From Octopus bimaculoides (taxonomy: Eukaryota), in contig NC_068985.1 of assembly GCF_001194135.2 (NCBI RefSeq), positions 23,327,660-23,391,659 on the forward strand: a stretch of 64,000 nucleotides of DNA, read 5' to 3'. The position numbers were made by a program, and so were the translations under genes. Every line of letters starts with the position of its first letter. Within the stretch, counting starts at the first letter, position 1. Shown one piece after another: positions 13,085 to 23,220 of this stretch. The notes beneath the pieces are model-generated. The model was not told the DNA's origin, searched no databases, and worked only from the letters and a program-made list of their open reading frames with translations.

Positions 13085-13285
13085 TGAGCTGCATGGTGAC
13101 CTCAGTAGTGCCGATAGCATGTAAAAAGCACCTAGTACACACTGTAAAGTGGTTGACATTTGGAAGGGCATCCAACTGTAGAAGCCATGCCAAAACAGAC
13201 ACAGGAGCATGATACAGTCTTTGGACTCCTCGGGTCCTTGTCAAATCATCCAATGGGATATGGACCTCAAATGATAATGATGATG
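13085..13285 (+). mobile_element. Family B repeat (RTE-3'-UTR-like, (GAT)n tail), diverged
   Basis: gtaaaaagcacc...ggaagggcatccaactgtagaa...gatgatgac shared with the other family B copies. Confidence 0.65.
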
Positions 13286-14029
13286 ACTTCTATATTCTGC
13301 ATACCATTAATTTTAGATCAAATTACAAGTCTAGTTTTGGGTTGATTTAATTGATATCTCCCCCTCACAATTTTTTTTTGTAGCCCTGTGCCTCAGTTAA
13401 AAATCATTCATATTTTTATTATTAATGGAAATGGAGTAATGGGGCTCAAATATCTAAGCAGTAACCAGTATTTAGTTTCGTACCTTTGTATTCAGGAGTA
13501 TTTTTGACAGGGGTTGATAAAATAAGCTTGAGCTATGAACTGGAGGATAGATTCACTTGATTGCACCCTACCCACTACAGATTTTACTTTGTGTCTATGC
13601 ATGAAATAAGATGAAATAAATAAGATTTTCAGTTTTTAAATTAACTATTTTAATAACAAATTGTTAATTTCTGTGGCAGGTAAAAAAAATCCTGTGTTTT
13701 ACTATTAATTAAAGACTTAATTACAAAAGCAAATCAAAAGGGTTTATGTATGGTATGGTATAAAGAAATATTATTAAAAAAAACATTTGTGATATTACAA
13801 AGAAGGGAAAAATTATTGCACTTTATGTATATTTAACTAAAAGTCAAATTCTTTAGTGAAAAAGGATTTTCAGTTGTTGGGCCTCACAGAGAGGATGGCA
13901 GGAGACCAAGACTCCTGGCAGTTTGCTGTACTTGAGAAAATAAATCAAGCTAAGTAAAATTGTGGTTGTCCTTATATACTGGTGTGTCCCCTGCATCCCT
14001 CTCTTGCTGAGCGATCCTAATCTTGCGAG

Positions 14030-14192
14030 CTCTTGGGTGCTGGTGCCACGTAAAAAGCACCCAGTATACTCTGCAAATTGGTTGGTGTTAGGAACGGCAT
14101 CCAACCATAGAAACCATGCCAAAACAGCTGGCCAACTCCTGTCAAACCGTCCAACCCATGCCAACATAGAAAACAGACGTATGATGATGATG
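14030..14192 (+). mobile_element. Family B repeat
   Basis: gtaaaaagcacc...ggcatccaaccatagaaaccatgccaaa...ccaacccatgccaacatagaaaacagacg(tat)gatgatgatg. Confidence 0.72.
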
Positions 14193-14323
14193 TAGTAAAA
14201 TGCATATGAAATGATATTTTCTATCAGCTTTCAGATTCAGCTCGAATGTAGATTTTTCTGCTTTTGAATATCCAATTTGGTTTCTAGTAAATGGGTTTTT
14301 TTCATTGTTCTGTTTTATTTCAG

Positions 14324-14483
14324 GTGGAATCCTTTTTCTTGGGTCAGGAAATAGAAGACACAGAAGCCCCCATGCTGGAGGCTGCAAAGTTCCTATTACC
14401 AGCAGAAAATATCGAAGGAGCAAACTTGCAGACTGTTGATCCCGAAACACATGCTCGCCTTGAAGCTCTCCTAGAAGTTGCAG
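14324..14483 (+). CDS. ANKHD1: ANKHD1/mask coding exon A (VESFFLGQEIEDTEAPMLEAAKFLLPAENIEGANLQTVDPETHARLEALLEVA-G), 160 nt, phase 0 to 1
   Basis: Acceptor tgttttatttcag ending 14323; donor G|GTAACA at 14484; resembles the vertebrate VESFILDQE...TVDPETQARLEALLEAAG segment (recalled). Confidence 0.93.
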
Positions 14484-14519
14484 GTAACAAAATTCGTTAG
14501 AAAAAAAAAAAAAAAGTAA

Positions 14520-14544
14520 TCATATATACATACATACGTGTGTG

Positions 14545-14595
<51 letters not shown>

Positions 14596-14880
14596 GTTTG
14601 TGTATGTAATGTAGTTAGATAATGTGTGTACATACATGTGTGTGTGTGTGTGTGTGTGTCTATATATATATATGTGTGTGTGTGTGTGTGCATGTGTGTA
14701 TAATATAGTTAGATAATGTGTGTACATATATGTATTTGTATATATGTTTGTGTTTGTGTATATGATATAGATGTATTATGTGTGTACATATACGTATGTA
14801 TATATATGTTTGTGTGTTCATATATGTTTATGTATGTTTTATATATATATATATTTATATTGTGTATATGTATGTGAATA
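14520..14880. repeat. Compound (TA)n/(TG)n microsatellite field just downstream of exon A
   Basis: Direct reading; includes a repeated unit tagttagataatgtgtgtacata. Confidence 0.9.
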
Positions 14881-15227
14881 ATATATTACTATTTTTCTTA
14901 GAGTAAACATGTTTGAAGTGTCATGTTTTTGTCATGAAGAATTTCTCCTTGAAATAGATACTTTGTATGGTTCTGTCTCAGTTCTTTCCTATTAATCCTA
15001 AGCTGCCTTTTGGAATATTATTCCTAGTTTTTTGACATTTTTTTTTCATTTTGGTTATTGCATTTGGAATTATTTTTTTCTGTTCATAACTTTTATTTTT
15101 GTTCATTTGAACATTTAACAAGGGGCAACTTCCATGACACCTTCTGTCGATAACTTTCTAATCTACATTGTGGAATTTGATTTTGGATATCTTTATCTTT
15201 CTTCTGGTCAAATTCTGTTATTTTTTT

Positions 15228-15640
15228 TATTGTTTCTATCTTTTACTTGTTTCAATCATTTGGCTGCGGCCATGCTGGGGCACCACGTTGAAGGGTTTTT
15301 AATTGAATAAATTGACCCCAGGACTTATTAAAAAAAAAAAAAAGACTTTTTTAAAGCCTGGTACTTCTATTGGTTTCTTTTGCTGAACCGCTGAGTTATG
15401 GAGATATAAACATACTAGCACACTGGTTGTCAAGTGCTGGTGGGAGGCAAACACAAAAACACTCACACACACACACGACAGGCAGGCTTCTTTCAGTTTC
15501 CATCTACCAAATCCACTCAAAATGTTTTGGTCAGCCTGAGGCTATGGTAAAAGACACTTGCCTAAGGTGCCACGCAGTGGGACTGAACCCAGAACCATGT
15601 GGTTAGGAAGCAAATTTCTTACTGCACATCCGCACCTGCT
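15228..15640 (-). mobile_element. SINE family A, near full-length
   Basis: Reverse-complement match to 482-896 across tail, body and head. Confidence 0.85.
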
Positions 15641-16069
15641 GTGTTTGTTTGTTTTTTTTTAATAATTGTTTTATATTGTACATAAAAAAACGTTTTGTGC
15701 TTTTGTTATATTTGCTTATTAATACACATTTGGTTTAGAAACATTAACAAAGATATTTTGCAAACTTTGCACTGGCATTTGGTATAAAAGCTGATATAGG
15801 TCACTACACAGAAAAATGAAAGATCATGGGATTTGAGTTTAGTTGCAGCAAATAAGATCCTGATTTGAATCAAAACATTTTATCGTGTTAACGGAATTTA
15901 AATTCTTACATTATATTATCTCAGAACCTTTTCTACAAGTATAGCTATATTGATTCATAGAAATTTTTTTTTTTCACCTGTGTATTGACCCTTTGAGCCC
16001 TGTCCTCCTGAACCTTATTTGACCATATTACCTGGCTTTCTGAGCAAAATAAGCTGAAAATTGGGTTAG

Positions 16070-16285
16070 TCGCCTGACTGGCCCTCGTGCCAGTGGCACG
16101 TAAAAGCACCCACTACACTGTCGGAGTGGTTGGCATTAGGAAGGGCATCCAGCTGTAGAAAACTTGCCAGATCAGATTGGAGCCTGATGTCGCCTCCTGG
16201 TCCACCAGTCCTCAGTTAAATCGTCAAGCACATGCTAGCATGGAAAGCGGACGTTAAGCGACGATGATGATAATGATGATGATGA
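16070..16285 (+). mobile_element. Family B repeat nested in the piggyBac element
   Basis: gccagtggcacgtaaaagcacccactacactgtcggagtggttggcattaggaagggcatccagctgtagaaa...gatgatgat. Confidence 0.8.
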
Positions 16286-16430
16286 AAACAAAAATATCAA
16301 TGTTACTAACAATCTAACAACACAAACATACAACAGAGATGCCTACCTGGCTCCTAGTGCCAATATTCCACCTTGGTATGCCAATTGGTCTAGCATGTTG
16401 ATCCTCTTTTGACTTGTTAGGTATCTCCAC

Positions 16431-16900
16431 TTTAGCCTGAGTGGTGTGCAGATTAGTCGTTTCAGTGAGATTCTACCAAAATGCTTCATTAAGGAATAGG
16501 TCTACAAAACCTTGTGGGGTTGAGTTTTCATTTATGTTTGGTGAAATGTTTCTAGGCCCACAATTAGAGTCATCAAAAGATAAATCAACTGGAGTGTAAC
16601 TCTTATTCCAATTTACAGGTACAGTGTTAGTTTGAGCAGGTCTCCTATCACCTGAAGGGCCAGGACCATGCCCCTTCTCCTTCTCACTCTAGAATTTGAT
16701 TCTTCATTACTCACACTAGAGTCCGACTCAATGTCACTGTCAGAAACTGAATCAAGATCACTTGCAGGATATTCTTCATCATTTTCAATATCTAACTCAC
16801 TTAATTCGTCTAATTGAGTGATCACGTCAGCAGCTGTGAACAGCTGCTTATGTTGTTGTTTTGATTCAAAAATTCCGGGTTCAGGTTGACTTCATTTCAT
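16431..16900 (-). pseudogene. piggyBac transposase N-terminal relic
   Basis: ATG at 16900 reads MK*SQPEPGIFESKQQHKQLFTAADVITQLDELSELDIENDEEYPASDLDSVSDSDIES... (acidic N-terminus). After a frameshift it reads VNWNKSYTPVDLSFDDSNCGPRNI...STPQGFVDLFLNEAFW*NLTETTNL, matching the P..FF.LF......I...TN.YA start of the piggyBac transposase domain. Confidence 0.78.
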
Positions 16901-17529
16901 GGTGAAAGAACTTTTAATTTCAACATCAAAATAAGCCACATTCAACTCAGAAAGGCAGCAGACAGGTTGTTTTACCATTCTATAGTCCTGGGGTGAGTGA
17001 GCATTCTGATTGGATAAAAATAAATCATTATACTTTAATGCAGATGCACTCCACTAGTAGAGCGGGGCTACAGTATTGAGAAAAATAAGCCATCCACTGA
17101 TAAACTGGTGTTATGGGCTCATAGGGTTAAGGTGATCAAATAAGGGATTAAATGTCTATGTTGTTACTTAGTTTCAGATGGATTAAGGTAATTAATTGTC
17201 ATTAATACACTATTTTACTTGCATAATTAGAGACCACTTTTTGTAAAATCATTTGATGAGGGCAGCTTCAATGACCTTTGCAGATCCTTTCACTGTGTGT
17301 GTCTGTTGCAGACATGGAGGCAATGTTTTAATGTGAGATGCTAATAAATGTTTTAATGAATATATCAATATACAATTATGTTTAAAAAAGAAAAACTGAG
17401 AAAAGTATTTTACATAGAAAAAAAAAAAATCCACATCCAAACCTGCACAAATTATAAATAGAATTGATTAGATTGGAAGGTAATGCAAACTTGGACATAA
17501 ATAATGTATATTATTAGCGCTGATATTTT

Positions 17530-18330
17530 CACCTATTGCCAAGTTTTTATCAAGAAGTACTTTTTTCCAACTTGAGCATCTCCTGTTGAATAAATTGCTT
17601 TTTTCAAGAAGTTCAAATATTCAGCCAGCTCACTTCCTTGTATAATCAAACTTACATTCAATACATCTAAATAAATGAGTATACCCTGTAACTTTTTTGG
17701 GTCATTAGAGTACATCTGAAGACTTAATTTGCATGCGGTGATGATTCAATGGAAGATAAACTGTAGTTTCTTGTTGCCAAACCTATTTAAGTAGATGCTT
17801 ATTAACTCTGGTTAGTACTGGAAAATACTGGTTTTCATCATTCTGTACCATTAATGTTTTCAATAGCAAACTATATCTCCTTATGGTAACTTTTGTGTCT
17901 AGGTAAACTGAGTTTTAATCTCTATGCAATTCTATTTGTCTGCATCTGTTTATGTAGTGATTCTCTCATCACTATCCTGGCAAGTACGGTAAAGATTGTT
18001 TCCCTATTGAACTTTCAATAAGACCTCAACATATATGGTGTTCTCTTCAGCTGTCATCATTTTATACTGGCTGTCCATGTTGTTATGATTTAAGTGGGTC
18101 ATCACAGTCAGTTATATTAAGATCTACAGCTTTTGTAGGTGTCTTGCTTGTATACGTCATTTTTGGCTTGAATTCTATGAGTGGATTTCCTTTCTGTGAC
18201 ATCCACTTTTGTGTGTACTGGGTGCATTTTACAGCACCCACACTTGAGTGCTTGTCATGTTTTTGGCAAGACAAGGCTAAAACATGGTTCCACTCAGCTT
18301 TGTTTTCCAAAATAAAATATTGTCATTGAT
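17530..18330 (-). mobile_element. Probable Ty3/Gypsy gag-pol relic (protease and RT fragments)
   Basis: Minus-strand fragments TDADK*NCI (DTGA-like), NINGT, IGLAT and KLQGILIYLDVLNVSLIIQG (YLDD-like) occur in retroelement order. Highly degenerate. Confidence 0.42.
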
Positions 18331-20204
18331 TAATATTGTTTTCCTCACCGCATAACTATTTATAGTAATTTTTTTAATGTACTCTGCATATGTTAACACT
18401 GGCTTAAATTTCAAATTCTGAATAACTTAATGGATGTGTGGAATACACCTTAGAATAGCTGATGATGAAATATAAATTGTCAACCTTTTGGTCTGTAGGC
18501 TTGCATGCTATTAATTTAGTCTGTTCTAAACATTCAAACAACTCATTCAGTTTTCCTTCTGAAAGACAAATGCATTATATCTTAGAATGCATTCATCTCC
18601 CCACTAAGCTAAAGTAAATAATATGACAAACAATTGTACCCATGCATATTCATTGATAAAGCACCTTACGTGCTGAGGTTGAATGAAAGATTCATGTTAA
18701 ATTTGAGAATGATTTGATATTGATTTGTCAATCAAAATAGCTGAATGGATATTAAAAATAAATAAATGATCTGTTAGAAAAAATATAAAATAAATACTTC
18801 ATTTGTGGCTGGGGTCCAGCTTCCTGTCAACCAACTATTCTCTTTTTCATCATTAAAATTCATTGAAATGTATTAACAATCAAATGTTTGTTTGTTATAA
18901 CATTAAGATGGTTGGAAGTTCTTTGTTTTGGTTTATTTATTCATATTTTTGTGCTCAAGGAGGACATTGACCTTAGCAAATGAGTCATCTTGGATAAGAT
19001 TTAGAAAGTGATATACAACAAACTCAAATAATCAAATCAAGGATTATTCATCTTCATAATGATATGATTTATGATCTGAATATCTGCAATGTGGTCATTA
19101 GTCATCAGAGTAATTTTCTTTTCTATTTTCAGTGTTAACTTGGGAAAGCTGGGTATATTTTGTGCTTTATTACTTATTAGTCCACGTTAATGCTGTATTA
19201 TTTATTATAAATTTGTTAAATTTTTAATATTTCTTGATGAGTCCTCAGTATGCAAATGTGCTGTCTGTCTTGTAGAGTCAGCCATGGTTGTTTGTTTACT
19301 GCTTGTGGTCATTTCTCATTTAAGCAATTCAAATGGAGGAAGACAAATGTGTGTCCTGTGTTGTAATCTAGCTATTATTTTATAGCTAAGATATTTACAG
19401 ACAGACAGACAGATAGTTATTTATTTATTGTTATATATTAATATGATTTGTTAGTATGTAACGTAGTTTTGTTTAGTGTTTTAGGTACTTATATAGTTCG
19501 ACAGACATAGGCACTCTATTTAGCCAATAGAGAGAAACTAGAAGTAATCCATCATTCATCATCATCATTTAATGTCCTCCTGCCATGCTGGCATGGGTGG
19601 CCATCCAACTTTTCCACAACATAACTACAATATATCTGAAAAATGGTACACTACACTTTATTGTTGCAGATTATGCTCAGAACACTTACACAACAAAGAA
19701 AAATATAGGTTTCAAATTTTGGCACAAGGCCAGCAATTTGGGGGAGGAGGAGGAAATTGATTACATTGACCCCAGTGCTCAGCTGGTACTTATTTTATTG
19801 ACTTATCAAAGGAAAATATTGGAAATAGATTTTAAAAAATGTTTGGACATGTGAAATCACAGTTTCTTCCTCAAGCCCTGCCACTTCAAAAACAAAAGCA
19901 CCTCCAAAGACTCAACAAGGGTACTACAACAACATCCTAAAAACACTACCTCTCTCACTCAGTCCTGATAAACATAAAAACACATACAAATAGCTGCAAC
20001 ATTAATAGCCTCACTGGTTCCAGCCATTGTGGTTGGATGTCTTTTTCTTGGCCAAATATCACCAATAATATATGCAGAAGAGCAGCAACTGTTGCATTCT
20101 GATGGAGCATATCGTACCTGCCTTGATGTGATGGTAATCAAAATCTAAGAGTATGGAAATAGATTGGACAGTGGAAAATGTGCAACATGTCCAGACTGTG
20201 ACAT

Positions 20205-20470
20205 GTCATCATCATCATCATCGTTTTGCGTCCGCTTTCCATGCTAGCATGGGTTGGACGATTTGACTGAGGACTGGTGAACCAGGTGGTTACACCAGGC
20301 TCCAATCTGATTTGGCAGAGTTTCTACTGCTGGATGCCCTTCCTAATGCCAACCACTCCGAGAGTGTAGTGGGTGCTCCTATGTGCCACTGGCATGAAGG
20401 CCAGTCAGGAGGAATTGGCAACGACCATGCTCGAAATGGTGTATTTTACGTGCCACCTGCACAAGTGCCA
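20205..20470 (-). mobile_element. Family B repeat
   Basis: (cat)n...gtccgctttccatgctagcatgggttggacg...gctggatgcccttcctaatgccaaccactccg. Confidence 0.8.
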
Positions 20471-21193
20471 GGAAGGTCTGACCGTGAAGAAGAATTTGTG
20501 TATCATGCCTTGTTGCTCAACCAATTGTGTGTGTGCTTTAGGACTGCATGAACTGAGATGACCTGAGGTTACAACTTGACAGTGATAAATAACAGATAAA
20601 TCTCTCTTAAATTGCACCCTACTGTCTTAAAGGAAGGATTTGGACGTAGTGATGCATTAAATGCATGACTAGCTATATCTTTTTCATCTAGGTGTTCTTA
20701 GTTATGTATGAGCTGATTCCAGTGTAAAGTTCCCAAATCTTTCATTGTTTCTAGACATTCAGGTAACACCAGTTATGCTTGATGTAAATGTTAGTACTGA
20801 AATTTTAATTTTGGCCATTAGAGATAATGCTTACTTTAGTTTCTGACTAATGAATGCTGTATGTATGTTTACTTTAGTATTGGGCTGTGCATTGCTGCTC
20901 ATGTTAATCACTTTTTTTGTGGGGAATTCTATAGTATATCATTATTATCATATAATACCAACTTTTCCATGCCTGCATGAGTCAAATGGCATCTAGTGAG
21001 GTACATATTCTATGGCTGGGTTCCCTTCCTGTTACTATCCCTCATCTATTTCCAAGTAAGGTAATATTTACCCATGGCCAGTCATATTTTTCATGGAAGA
21101 CTAGAAATAAACATTACTTGTATGATGGTGATGTTTGTTTTCACATATCAAAACAAAGGTACTCACACAGACACACACACACACACATATAAT

Positions 21194-21417
21194 TCTTTAT
21201 TGCCCACAAGGAGCTAAACATAGAGGAGACAAACAAGGATAGACAAAGGGATTAAGTCGATTACATCGACCCCAGTGCATAACTGGTACTTATTTAATCG
21301 ACCTCGAAAGGATGAAAGGCAAAGTTGACCTCGACAGAATTTGAACTCAGAACGTAGCGGCAGACGAAATATCGCTAAGCATTTCGCCTGGCGTGCTAGT
21401 GATTCTGCCAGCTCACC
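21194..21417 (-). mobile_element. tRNA-derived SINE, family C
   Basis: Reverse complement of the 28692-28860 element (gctggcagaa..gttagcacg...ttctgagttcaaattc...gaggtcgactttgcctttcatcctttcg). Confidence 0.82.
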
Positions 21418-22844
21418 ACCTTATATATGTATGGCTTGCTGCCATACACACACATATATGAAGGGCTTCTTTCAGTTTCTATTTACCAAATCCATACAAA
21501 GCTTTACTCCACCTGAGGCTACAGTAGATGGCATTTCCCCAGGGTATTATGCAATGGAATTGAGCCCAAGACCATATGGTTGGAAAGCAAGCTTTCCAAC
21601 CATACAACTATGCCAGGTGTGTTATTTCCTTATCTGATACTGTTTTGTGTTGTTACTATAGTTGCTCCTAGTTGTAACTACATGCTTAGCCCATGAGAAA
21701 GTGCTATGCTTGAAGGACCAAAGCAACACTTTGTAATGAAGTTTATGAATTTCATGTTTGTAACTGAATTTGTAAATCAATTCAATCATAGTTGACTTGG
21801 TCATGGATTTATATATTTATTGTTGTCTATAAGAAAGATTTTGTGTTTTCGTCATCTAGATTTGTTAGGCATACAGGACTTTTTTTCCTGTTTTACAAGA
21901 TTTTTGATACGTTTTTCTTTTTCATTGTTAGTATGCATTTGATTCATTCAACACCATATATGGTTTCTGTATTTTCAACAGGTGCAGTATCTTATTTATT
22001 TAAATATATTTCTTGTATTGCTCTGTAGCTTGGTCTATTCGTTTGTTAGAATATGATTAGTGTTTGTTTTATTCAGTGTGCTTTGTTTGTGGAGGAGATT
22101 CTAAATGCTCTTCTCAGTAAGGATTTTACCATTGACATTAGGGTATTTAGTAAGCCACTATGATTTTCTTTTTTTTTTTAAACTGATTGATATTTGAATA
22201 TCAGTGAACAATAGAGTTACTCTGTAAGGTCTGTGTGTTTCTATTTAAAAAAAAAATCTTATTTGATCCTACCCTTGACATTGTATACATCAAAATATCC
22301 ACAAGTTCACACCATCTTCATTTTAACGTCCACTTTTCCATGCTAGCATGGGTCAGATGACATTTGTTGAAGCAAATTATCTATGGCCATTTGCCTTTCC
22401 TGTCACCAACCCATACCTGTTTCCAAATAAGGTAATATTTCCCCATGACCAGACATGTTTTCATGGAAGAGTGCAAATTAGGAACATTGCTTGCATAAGG
22501 GTGACACTTGCTTACAATTAACACATGATAACACACCACACATTTTATATATGTGTGTGTGTGTGTGCACACGATATGTCCTTGTTGAAGCTCTTTCCCA
22601 CAGCATAGTCTCCTAATACCCATCCTCTCTCTACTTGTGCCCACTCACTACATTCACTTTCTCCAATCCCTGATCCACTTCACTATGCATGCCTCCCAGT
22701 AACTTCGGTGTATGGCCTCCTGCCTCCTCCTTGTCACATCTTTACCATCTTCTCTCTCTGCTCTCTTCACCTGAGGCAGTTATGTTTCTCCTCTAATGCA
22801 AGACACCTTTTCTGTTCTTCAATACTTCCCTTCCCTCCATCATC

Positions 22845-23220
22845 ATCATCATCAGTTAAGTCTGTTTTCCATGCTGGCATGGGTTGGACTGTTTAAACAG
22901 GAGCTGACGAGCTGGAGGGCTGCACCAGGCTCCAGTCGTCATTCTTTTTTGGCATGGTTTCTATAGCTGGATGTCCTTCCTAATGCCAGCCACTTTATTG
23001 AGGGTACTGGTTGTTTTTATATGACAACAGCATGGGTGCTTTTTACCTGGCAATGTGGTATGAGTGCTTCTTATGTGACACTAACATGGGTGCTTTTTAT
23101 GTTCTGCCAACACAGGTGTTTTTACATGGTGCCAATACAAGTGCCTTTTATGTGGTGCCAGCATGGGTGCTTTTTACATGGCACCAGTGCCTACAGTGTT
23201 GCCAAGTGGCTTGCAAGACA
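22845..23220 (-). mobile_element. Family B repeat with internal ~25-bp tandem expansion
   Basis: (cat)n start; about six diverged units catgggtgctttttacatggcaccag at 23030-23180. Confidence 0.75.

Larger units (their letters stand above)
15989..17126 (-). mobile_element. Internally deleted piggyBac-family transposon with a nested SINE-like insert
   Basis: TIRs ccctttgagccc (15989-16000) and gggctcataggg (17115-17126), 11/12 match. Flanks are TTGA (left, mutated) and TTAA (right). Transposase N-terminus inside; family-B repeat inserted at about 16070-16285. Confidence 0.8.

Noticed and set aside
1-14323. First coding exon of ANKHD1/mask (expected to end in an acidic ...EVSE segment, phase 0)
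   Set aside because: No convincing exon found; this stretch looks like repeat-rich intron, so exon 1 is probably upstream of the window.
23030-23180. CRISPR-like repeat array
   Set aside because: Eukaryotic context, no unique spacers, units are diverged tandem copies inside a retroposon, and no cas genes.
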